Shown: positions 16,299 through 23,808 of the stretch, piece after piece
Layout: every line of letters starts with the position of its first letter
Numbering within the stretch: position 1 is the stretch's first letter
IMG/VR virus record: IMGVR_UViG_3300036855_000003
Span: 1 to 24,183 of that record
Reading direction: 5' to 3' (one strand)
DNA: 24,183 nucleotides
From: a virus
Taxonomy: Duplodnaviria > Caudoviricetes
Made by a program: the position numbers and the translations under genes
The notes under the pieces: model-generated
The model's input: only the letters and a program-made list of their open reading frames with translations
Told to the model about the DNA's origin: nothing
The model's database searches: none

Positions 16299-16577
16299 TT
16301 ACAGCCGGATCGGCTCCGTTAGCCGCATCAGGATAACCGGCCGCATTCCTCCACGCTTGGCACATTCCTGGCAGATTGCCATTCCGCCAGCCGCGAGCGC
16401 GGCATGAACCGGGCACAGCCAGATATCCCGGGTATGCTCTATCACGCCACAGGCCCGTGAATACAGGCTTGCCGGAGTCGCGCCGCATTCCGTCTCTGGC
16501 GCAACGATAGCGCTACAGGGCCAGCTGCGCGGAACATTGAGGTCCGGGATGGCCGGACTCACCAGGAAGATCGGCAC
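16299..16577 (-). CDS. Cys/His-rich putative zinc-binding protein, 92 aa
   Basis: Likely GTG start at 16577, 1 nt after the upstream stop; C-x9-C, C-x4-H, CPVH, CQEC. Confidence 0.65.
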   Translation of the reverse strand: MPIFLVSPAIPDLNVPRSWPCSAIVAPETECGATPASLYSRACGVIEHTRDIWLCPVHAALAAGGMAICQECAKRGGMRPVILMRLTEPIRL

Positions 16578-16578
16578 G

Positions 16579-17040
16579 TCACACCTGACAGATGAAGCCG
16601 ACTCCGGCCGACCCGGTACCAGCCGCAGCCTGGAGCGAGTCCCCAATTGCCGGTGTACGCGGCGAGGCGAGGAGGAAGGATGCGATGGTGTTTGCGGAGG
16701 TCCCAGAGACTAGGGTGCAGAGGATACCCCAGTTACAGGTACCCGGAGCCGACGTGAACGGACCCCAGGTAATCTGCGCGGTGTTCCAGGCCTGGGACGG
16801 AGAGGCCGCTGTTGGGGCTGTGGGCCCATATGCCTGGCGAGCGTAGCCGGAGGCCGTGGCGTACTCGTTGATGGTCGCACCGGCCATCGTCGTCTCGGTG
16901 CTCTGGAGCGCTCCGACTGCCGTAGTCGAGAGGCCCATATAAGTCGCAGCCGGTGCTGGGCTCTGGACCTTGAGGAGTACCGCGTTGAGAGCCTGCTGCT
17001 CCGCGTACTGGAACAGCTGACCTGCGCTGAGAAGCGTCAT
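16579..17040 (-). CDS. Minor virion structural protein (mycobacteriophage gp80-like 'tail fibre' family), 153 aa
   Basis: GGAGGA SD; YMGLST...E....GYARQA...NTAQITW.......GT...G.......G.N......L..PRT...GDSL....G pattern. Confidence 0.72.
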   Translation of the reverse strand: MTLLSAGQLFQYAEQQALNAVLLKVQSPAPAATYMGLSTTAVGALQSTETTMAGATINEYATASGYARQAYGPTAPTAASPSQAWNTAQITWGPFTSAPGTCNWGILCTLVSGTSANTIASFLLASPRTPAIGDSLQAAAGTGSAGVGFICQV

Positions 17041-17052
17041 TTCCTGTCCTCC

Positions 17053-17298
17053 CTAGACCGGATGGAAACTCGACTCAAACAGAGCCGGGTCGATTGTCGT
17101 GATACGGTTAATGCCGACCGCATCGGTCCATTCGATAATGGGCCATGCGGAGTCGTCATCGTTCTGGAGGAATATGACCTCCTGACCGTCCTTGAGATCC
17201 AGCTCAGTCATCTCAGCCGTCAGCGGCTGGCCTAGTGCCGCTGCCCCGAATCCCATTCCGGACTCGTGGCTATAAATATACCTGTCCCCTGATTCCAT
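17053..17298 (-). CDS. Hypothetical acidic protein, 81 aa
   Basis: AGGAGGA SD, fills the gap in the operon; short beta-strand pattern. Confidence 0.72.
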   Translation of the reverse strand: MESGDRYIYSHESGMGFGAAALGQPLTAEMTELDLKDGQEVIFLQNDDDSAWPIIEWTDAVGINRITTIDPALFESSFHPV

Positions 17299-17307
17299 TC
17301 CGTCCTC

Positions 17308-17562
17308 CTATTTCCAGCTGTCCGGTATATCGGCATACCAGCCTCGCGCTCGTGCTACCCTTTTGATATACGCTCGTATCCTGGCGTGCTCCTCTGGTGT
17401 ATTTGGCCGGGCTCTCCCCACCGAGGTGATAGCCGACGCGAGCGAGTCCTCACCCGTCCGGCGCTTAATCGGGAAGCGCGGAGCGTCCGACTGATTGCGC
17501 TGCGACGGAGGCAGAGCCCGCCCCTGGGCCTGTAGCCGTTTCCGTTCCTCGATGTTCGCCAT
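17308..17562 (-). CDS. Small basic head-region protein (DUF6582-like), 84 aa
   Basis: GGAG SD before ATG 17562 (MANIEERKRL); G.ALP....RFPI......L..AI..VGRA.......R.YIKR.A...G....IPDSW motif. Confidence 0.72.
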   Translation of the reverse strand: MANIEERKRLQAQGRALPPSQRNQSDAPRFPIKRRTGEDSLASAITSVGRARPNTPEEHARIRAYIKRVARARGWYADIPDSWK

Positions 17563-18301
17563 GACTACTCCAGTACTGATCCCAAGCGGTCCTGGCGGCC
17601 GCTCCTCGTGTTCCATTTGTTACTTCGCCCCACGCCCGGGACAGCTCCGCGTTGACGGACTTCTGTCCCCGGAATACCGGACGGCCGACGCAATGACAAT
17701 GATCGTGCGCCCGGAAGCCAGCCGTGGCCGCGCTGTAGACTCCTCCACGGCCGGCCAGCATCGAGCAGAAGCCGCATGCCCCGGCTTCTATGACCCGCTC
17801 CCATCCGGCCGCTGCCCCATCGGCTCCAGCCGCACGCACGATCGTCTCCCGGCCGCCATTCAGGACTAGCCGCGTGCTAGCTCCCCGGAGTGCATCCCGG
17901 GCCATATCGGAAGCCTGCGGCGCTTCCGTCTCTTTGAGGAAATGAAAGAAGCTACCGGCTCCCATCGAGTTAACAACCCGGATTAGCTCCTCCGGCCTCA
18001 GCTCCACTCCCGGAACGTGAATGGAGGGATACCCGGCCGTCACCCTAGCATGCCCGTAGAACTGGGATGCATTCGCCGCGCTCGCCTGGTAATGAGTCGC
18101 GACTACTCCCTGTATCAGCGGATTGAGATTAGCCCAGGTATCCGCGAAGTGAGCCGGGTGGATATACCGGGACCAGAGATTGACGACGGCGAGCGCAGCC
18201 CGGGTCGCAATCGACTGCTGTGCGTTCTGGTACCGGGACAGGAGGAGACCTCCGGCTGCCTCCCTAGGCACCGGCATCCCGGGAATGGGCGGTGTCGTCA
18301 T
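17465..18301 (-). CDS. MuF/VG15-like minor head protein, 278 aa, no toxin extension
   Basis: Directly after portal (ATGA); RLVLNGGRET, GWERV....ACGFCSMLAGRG.VY, F.AHDHCHC...PVF. Confidence 0.85.
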   Translation of the reverse strand: MTTPPIPGMPVPREAAGGLLLSRYQNAQQSIATRAALAVVNLWSRYIHPAHFADTWANLNPLIQGVVATHYQASAANASQFYGHARVTAGYPSIHVPGVELRPEELIRVVNSMGAGSFFHFLKETEAPQASDMARDALRGASTRLVLNGGRETIVRAAGADGAAAGWERVIEAGACGFCSMLAGRGGVYSAATAGFRAHDHCHCVGRPVFRGQKSVNAELSRAWGEVTNGTRGAAARTAWDQYWSSHGEHRGTETATGPGAGSASVAAQSVGRSALPD

Positions 18302-19848
18302 TCAGCCGGCCTCCCACCCGGGCCTAGCGGAGGATTCGCCGGTGTGCCTCCCGGAGCGCTCTGCCCCGGAGGAGGCCCAGCAGGCGGTGGGCCACCGGGA
18401 GTCGGCGGCACACCCTGGGAGGCCGCAACCGCCTGCTGAACCAGCTGCTGGGCTTCCTGGCGCTGCTTAGCAAGACGCCAGTTCGCAACCGTCTCCTGAG
18501 TCACTCCAGGTATCATGGCCCATAGCTCCTCCTCCGGTACGCCAAGCATCTGCGCTGCCTTGGTGAGCCCGTCCATCGTCGCGCCGAATGCCCGTGCGCT
18601 GGTATCGCGCCAGACTACCACGCCAAAAAGATCGTTCCAGCCTTCCTTGTCTCCGCGAGCCAGCGACTCCAGCCGGAACACATTCCGCCAGGGATCGGTA
18701 AGATTCGACTTCAGCTCATCCACATGACGGTCCTGGCCGTCCTTTGCGGCCGCGAGCGACTCAGCCGAGAGGTTGGCGACCTGGCCCAGAAGGTAGTACG
18801 GAGGCACCTGGGAGATTGTCGACATATGGCGGATGCCATCCTCCCGGACTCCGGAGTATGGCGCGAGCGCGGTCTCACCGAATTCCCCAAACTTGGATGT
18901 CGCATCCTCGGCAGCCCAGACCCTATCGACCCCAGGCTGGAACGGAGCCTGCGCCCGGCCTTCCTCATCGACCGGAGCCATTCCCGTAACCCAGCGCTGC
19001 CGGAACGCCGCAAACTGAGTCGAGATCATCAGATTGAACGTGTCGAAGTTGATCTGGTCCTGGATCGGCATCAGCGGTTCGATCTCGCCCTGGCAGTCCT
19101 CCTCGCCGTCGAGGTCTGACTCATACAGGAACCGGACCACGGGGCAGACTCCGAGGTCGTGAGAGCTAATCGGGCTCTGGCCGTTGAGGAGTGGGTCATC
19201 CGGGTCGGCTATCCGGAAGCTTTTCTGCTGATCGACCTTAGCCCCGGCCGTACCCTGGAGAATGTACCGGGTTGCCTCATCGTACACCGATACATACGCC
19301 TGGGACTTCCCTCCCGGAAGGTTCACCATACGGACCTCGATGGCAAACTGCGGCCATTCATCATCAACCTCGTCAGCATAGAATGCCGTCATCCGTCGCG
19401 GGCTGACCGGCCGGATAACCGGAACATCGGCCGACTGCTCTTCATCAGTCGACATCGACCCGGGAAGCACGACCACATAAGCGGAGCCCAGCTTGATAAC
19501 CGACCGGTGAACCCCATGCTGCCGGCTAATCATGCGATTCGCCCGGAAGCTCTCCCAGCCCGGCTGCGGCCGCTGTGGCGCCATTAGCTCGTTGACCGTC
19601 TCGCCGGACGGCCGGTACCCGTCAACATGAAGGTTCTGGCTAATCACCGAGACAACCAGCGGCAGGAAATTCCGCCTGGCCTTCTTGGCAATCCAGCGGT
19701 ATTCCGCATTAACACCCTTGGGCGTATATGGCGGGTCCTGGAATCCTCGCACATACCGGCTGACACGACGGAGCCGGGTCTGCTCGGCTTCCCGCATATT
19801 GAGAGCGCTAACGGTTAGCTGGACGACATCATCCGGGTCGATTATCAT
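18298..19848 (-). CDS. Portal protein (SPP1 gp6-like), 516 aa
   Basis: ATG 19848 overlaps the terminase TAA; NFLPLVV, HDLGVCPVVRF, GEIEPLMPIQDQIN, AFRQRWVTG, NLSAESL, WRD; Pro/Gly-rich tail. Confidence 0.93.
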   Translation of the reverse strand: MIIDPDDVVQLTVSALNMREAEQTRLRRVSRYVRGFQDPPYTPKGVNAEYRWIAKKARRNFLPLVVSVISQNLHVDGYRPSGETVNELMAPQRPQPGWESFRANRMISRQHGVHRSVIKLGSAYVVVLPGSMSTDEEQSADVPVIRPVSPRRMTAFYADEVDDEWPQFAIEVRMVNLPGGKSQAYVSVYDEATRYILQGTAGAKVDQQKSFRIADPDDPLLNGQSPISSHDLGVCPVVRFLYESDLDGEEDCQGEIEPLMPIQDQINFDTFNLMISTQFAAFRQRWVTGMAPVDEEGRAQAPFQPGVDRVWAAEDATSKFGEFGETALAPYSGVREDGIRHMSTISQVPPYYLLGQVANLSAESLAAAKDGQDRHVDELKSNLTDPWRNVFRLESLARGDKEGWNDLFGVVVWRDTSARAFGATMDGLTKAAQMLGVPEEELWAMIPGVTQETVANWRLAKQRQEAQQLVQQAVAASQGVPPTPGGPPPAGPPPGQSAPGGTPANPPLGPGGRPAE

Positions 19849-21500
19849 TAGCTGAAGCTCCAAACACGCTGTCCGGCCTTCTTGGTTGCGGCTTCCTTAC
19901 GCTCTTTGTACTTTTTACTAGCCAGGACTAGACGGCGAGCGTGGCGCGCAACAATCATCGTCACGCCACCGTCAATCTTGTTGTGAGACTTCGGGCTCTC
20001 TTTGCCGACCGATATGCCCCACCTATTCGGCCGTCTCCGCATATTGATAACGTGTCGGCCTAGGTCGGAGTCGCCGTCATGTACGAATCCCGGAGGTACG
20101 CTCTCAACCTCGGACAGAACCATCTCTGCGGCCTGGGTAAACTCTCCGACGTGCGACCGCATATCCCAGGCTACTGGCTGCGGGTCGCGTCCTCCGGGAA
20201 CAGCCCAGACATCCAGCGTTTCCTCAAACCATTCCCGCCAGGTTATCTTGGTCGACTGCTCCCATTCCTTAACATCCGCAAAGAAGGCACAGACATTCCA
20301 GCGCTCCCTGGCCGCTGCGATGGCCGCATGGACCTCGTCAGCCGGAATGTAGCGGCTACCTCTCGGCTCCCATATTCCCAGGCTGAATGTAAAGCCGGTC
20401 TCAATATGGCAGCCAACAATAGCAGTCGCGTCCTCTACCCGGCTGCCGTCAAAGGCCATTGCGATATCGTCACCGTCATTGATGTAGAAATCCGGCCGTG
20501 ACATCCGGGCCCAGAGCTGCTGAGTCGTCCACGCGTCCTCCGGGCTCTCCGGCCAGTTGAGGTAGAAACGCTTGCTAACGTCCAGCTTGGTCTTCGGGCT
20601 CAGAATCCTATTCTCAACAATATCCTCCGGGTCAACCCAGTAGGCATCCCCATAGGCAAACTCAACGGCCTTCCGGATAGAAGCCGGGTCCTCAAAGTCA
20701 ATCCCCGGAGGAGCCATCCTCGCATCGTACAAGATACGGCCTTTGCCTTTGAGCTTCCCTTCCTCCTGATCGACCCAGGCATCAAAGGTTGTCTCTGCGA
20801 CCGTTTCCTTCCCGGGCTCCCAGGCATTGCTCGTCTCAAGGATTCTGTTGCCGGACTTGCCGACGTTCCGGTCCATAACCTCCGCGAGAGCTACGCCGCC
20901 ATTGGACGGCGTGAAGGATTCCGTCTGGTCCAGGATCGCAAATGTAGTCCGTGCGCCTTCCTCGGTAGTCGGGCTGCTCGTAATCACCATTAGCTCGCCG
21001 CCACCGGGAACATGGAATACCGTCCGGCCTGCCTCAATCTCATAGTCGCGGAGGAGCCGCGAGCCTTTCGGCAGGAGAGCCCGCACCATCGTCATAGTAT
21101 TGATATTGGCCTGGTCGTGCGAGGTCGCGCCGATCTGGACCAGCGGCATGGAGACCTTCTTGCCGATGCACCCACCCGGAGCGCTGGGGTCCCACCGGTG
21201 GAACCGGACAGGCGCGAGCAGCTCAATCAGGGAGAGCACGGCCGCAAACGGCGACTTCCCGGCACCTTTCGCCCAGCGCCGGACTCCGTGGTAATACCAC
21301 CATCTGGCCCGGTCATCCAGCGCATACCACCAGAGGATAAACCGCACCTGGGACTCGATAAACTCCCAGCGCTCGCCCGCATTCGGCCCATCCGGCTGCC
21401 TGAGGTATTTGGTCGCCCAGTGAATAGCCTCCCACCCTAGGGTGAGCGGTGGTATTCCCTCCGGTAGGGTTACCAACCTATCCCGTGGCGCTACATCCAC
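19848..21500 (-). CDS. terL: Terminase large subunit, 550 aa
   Basis: TLGW, Walker A RRWAKGAGKSP, EGARTTFAILDQT Walker B region, ETSNA, RFYLN, nuclease FDGS..EDATA and KIDG. Confidence 0.95.
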   Translation of the reverse strand: MDVAPRDRLVTLPEGIPPLTLGWEAIHWATKYLRQPDGPNAGERWEFIESQVRFILWWYALDDRARWWYYHGVRRWAKGAGKSPFAAVLSLIELLAPVRFHRWDPSAPGGCIGKKVSMPLVQIGATSHDQANINTMTMVRALLPKGSRLLRDYEIEAGRTVFHVPGGGELMVITSSPTTEEGARTTFAILDQTESFTPSNGGVALAEVMDRNVGKSGNRILETSNAWEPGKETVAETTFDAWVDQEEGKLKGKGRILYDARMAPPGIDFEDPASIRKAVEFAYGDAYWVDPEDIVENRILSPKTKLDVSKRFYLNWPESPEDAWTTQQLWARMSRPDFYINDGDDIAMAFDGSRVEDATAIVGCHIETGFTFSLGIWEPRGSRYIPADEVHAAIAAARERWNVCAFFADVKEWEQSTKITWREWFEETLDVWAVPGGRDPQPVAWDMRSHVGEFTQAAEMVLSEVESVPPGFVHDGDSDLGRHVINMRRRPNRWGISVGKESPKSHNKIDGGVTMIVARHARRLVLASKKYKERKEAATKKAGQRVWSFS

Positions 21501-22783
21501 TAATAACGACCCCTCAGGTACGATTGCTGATTCTTGCGAGCCCGGTTCGCTAGCTCAATTGCCACGTCTCGCGGAATGGTGACCTCGGAGCCGGACGGAA
21601 CCTTGATTGTTATCCGGGTGTCTCCGGCCTTGAGATCGGCAAGGACGGAATCCAGCCGGGTCGCCACAAGGTCCTGCGGCGTGTAGCTGATTCCCTCCTC
21701 GCGGAACGATGACTCCACGGCACTGATCTTCTTGTCGATATTCACAGATGCGGTCGGAGCCTCGCGGAACTGGTTCACCCCAGGAGTAGAGCGCTTACCA
21801 TCCCCGGTATCGACAGTGATGCCGTACTTATCGGCCTTGATTACCTTCCCGGACTTCCCGGCATCTATTCCGTGAGTTATCTCGACAGTCCTACCGAGCC
21901 ATTTGGCACGAGCGGCCTCATCAAGATTCTGCCGGCCTACAATATCACGCCGGTACGTTTCCGAGGTCGGCTGCTTATGCGCCCCACCCTTGGGCGGTGT
22001 GGCTCCTCCGGCGAGGTCCGGCCTGCCTACGCCTACACCTGCGGCCGTATTCCGGGTAACCCCACCACGGCCGCTCGCCTTGTTCTCTGCCTCCATCCGG
22101 GCCTTTTCTCTGGCCTGGATCCGTCCGGCTAGCTCATGCGCGGCCGCAGTATTCCCTCCGCGAGCCACCATCTCCTGGAGCTTGTCATCCGGAGTCTGTG
22201 CGTACGGCCTCTCATCACCTTGTGGGGCAGAAGGCTTGCGAGTAGCCGGCATTCTGTTTGCCTGGATCGCACGCTCCCGGGCCTCGGTATGCGTGATATC
22301 CCTCCGGAGCCAGCCGCTGGCTTCTTTGTCCCAGACCCCATAATGCGTCTTGTCGGCATTCGGCTCGCCAGTGAGCTTGACAACGTAACGGCCGGTCGAT
22401 TTGCCGGCCATTTCCCGGACGGCCTTATCAGCAGCCGCATTCCGTGCTCCTCCGGCTTGCTGTGCCGCTCCTCCGGCCTCGTGGTGCTTTCCCTCATGGA
22501 GAGCGCGAGCGGCATGCTCCGGCGAGTCGTACAGCCTGGTGTCCCGGCCTTTGTCTGTCTTCAGGCCGACCCGGTATCTGTCCTTCTGGGTCCGGTCAAC
22601 GCGGTGGCCGCCAATCGTCCGGCCGGTGCCTTTTGGTAGGTTCCGGACGTGGCCCTGGATCTCCTCATGGCTCCGGCCGGAGGTCGCCTCTTTCGCCATG
22701 CGCTTGAGCGCAGCTCCACCCTTGGTCCATTTCCCATGGGGGTCGCGTAGCTCTCCACTTACATCGTGGACCACGTTAGCCAT
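21500..22783 (-). CDS. Basic multi-domain hypothetical protein, 427 aa, N-terminal RDPHGKW motif and KOW/SH3-like segment
   Basis: AGGAAAGG SD; stop overlaps the terL GTG; LGRTVEITHGIDAGKSGKVIK is KOW-like. Confidence 0.8.
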   Translation of the reverse strand: MANVVHDVSGELRDPHGKWTKGGAALKRMAKEATSGRSHEEIQGHVRNLPKGTGRTIGGHRVDRTQKDRYRVGLKTDKGRDTRLYDSPEHAARALHEGKHHEAGGAAQQAGGARNAAADKAVREMAGKSTGRYVVKLTGEPNADKTHYGVWDKEASGWLRRDITHTEARERAIQANRMPATRKPSAPQGDERPYAQTPDDKLQEMVARGGNTAAAHELAGRIQAREKARMEAENKASGRGGVTRNTAAGVGVGRPDLAGGATPPKGGAHKQPTSETYRRDIVGRQNLDEAARAKWLGRTVEITHGIDAGKSGKVIKADKYGITVDTGDGKRSTPGVNQFREAPTASVNIDKKISAVESSFREEGISYTPQDLVATRLDSVLADLKAGDTRITIKVPSGSEVTIPRDVAIELANRARKNQQSYLRGRY

Positions 22784-22809
22784 TGAATCGCCTTTCCTCG
22801 CCTAGGGCA

Positions 22810-22815
22810 AGTATA
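22810..22815 (-). promoter_or_regulatory. Possible -10 element (TATACT) ahead of the 427-aa gene and terL
   Basis: Near-consensus hexamer in a 43-nt gap; no consensus -35. Confidence 0.35.
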
Positions 22816-22826
22816 GCGCGGAGCGG

Positions 22827-23327
22827 CTAGTAATAGCTGATAACGGCAGAGACCGGTGGCGCTCCGGTTCCCAGGCCGATCACGTTGCACCGGGCATACC
22901 GGCGCGTATGGTTACTCCCGGCATAAGCCCAGTCGGTGCCCTGTGCGCGGCACTGCTCCGTCCAGGTTGAGCCGTCCGGACTCGTCTCCAGGGCCACGAC
23001 CGCATCGGAGGCCGGGCTGAGCTTCTTGAGGTTGAACTGCCGGTACGTCTTGCCCACCCCAGCGTCAGCCGGGGTGTACCCGACCGTCGCGGTGATGGGC
23101 CCTGCGGTAGCCGTCGCGGGCTGGCTCATCGTGAAGCTGACTCCAGCCGCGACGGAGAGAATGTAGGAACCGGCCGGGATGCCGGCACCAGATACCGGCT
23201 TCCCGACATCGCCTGCGACCGCAGCAGCGTCGGTAACAACCGCACTCCCATTCGTGGTCCCGGCCGCTGCGTCGGCTCGCGTAGTGACTGCCCCGGTAGC
23301 GACTGCCGTAAATCCCTTGCTTGCCAT
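22827..23327 (-). CDS. Putative virion decoration protein, 166 aa (beta sandwich with an inserted small beta domain)
   Basis: GAAGGGA SD before ATG 23327 (MASKGF); VSGAGIPAGSYILSV...FTMSQPATAT module seen in phage structural proteins; LETSPDGSTWT...RYARCNV jelly-roll pattern. Confidence 0.65.
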   Translation of the reverse strand: MASKGFTAVATGAVTTRADAAAGTTNGSAVVTDAAAVAGDVGKPVSGAGIPAGSYILSVAAGVSFTMSQPATATAGPITATVGYTPADAGVGKTYRQFNLKKLSPASDAVVALETSPDGSTWTEQCRAQGTDWAYAGSNHTRRYARCNVIGLGTGAPPVSAVISYY

Positions 23328-23340
23328 CCTGCTTCCCTTC

Positions 23341-23808
23341 CTATGCCCCGCCACGACCGGCGAGGTACCTCCGGAGATTTGCCTGAACCTGGCTAGATGG
23401 ACCCGGGCCGGAGCCCGGCAGAATCGGTGCTAGCGGCGTACGGCCTTCAGGAGCCCGCTGCCCGGCTGCCGCCCCGGCCGCTACCGCGCTAGCCCGGGAG
23501 GAGGCCGCATGCGCTCTCTGGGCCTCCTGAGAGCGCAGGAGAGCCTGTGCGCGGCGTACCTTCGCGAGCGCGGTTCGCTTCTGGGCGGCCATAAGCCGCA
23601 GGGCCAGGTCGTGCTCACGCTTCTGGGCCCGCTGCTTTGGCGTCAGCCGGGCCTGGGCCTGTGCCTGGACCGTCCTCTGCGCCAGGACCTTCCGGGCCTG
23701 CGCAAGGGCAGCCGGAGTCGGCCGTGGGGGAGCGGCTGCCTGGGCGGGCTGGGTTCCTGGGCCGGAGAACTTACCGGCCTGGCGAGGCTGAGCCGGGTTG
23801 TAAGCCAT
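23341..23808 (-). CDS. Basic Ala/Arg/Gln-rich helical protein, 155 aa, N-terminal YNPAQPRQAGKF motif
   Basis: ATG 23808 after AGGGGT; ends 13 nt before the next start; overlaps terS by 38 nt. Confidence 0.65.
   Translation of the reverse strand: MAYNPAQPRQAGKFSGPGTQPAQAAAPPRPTPAALAQARKVLAQRTVQAQAQARLTPKQRAQKREHDLALRLMAAQKRTALAKVRRAQALLRSQEAQRAHAASSRASAVAAGAAAGQRAPEGRTPLAPILPGSGPGPSSQVQANLRRYLAGRGGA

Noticed and set aside
17465-17620. Polymorphic toxin extension on the MuF-like protein with downstream immunity gene
   Set aside because: C-terminal tail is short and lacks any toxin motif; the next gene resembles a head-associated domain.
19848-21500. Intein or intron in terminase (also checked portal and capsid)
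   Set aside because: Lengths are ordinary, motifs are contiguous, and no splice-junction or homing endonuclease motifs were seen.
1128-22838. AGCT near the -35 position of all three candidate promoters
   Set aside because: Spacing to the -10 differs (17, 19, 22 nt) and AGCT is common in this window.
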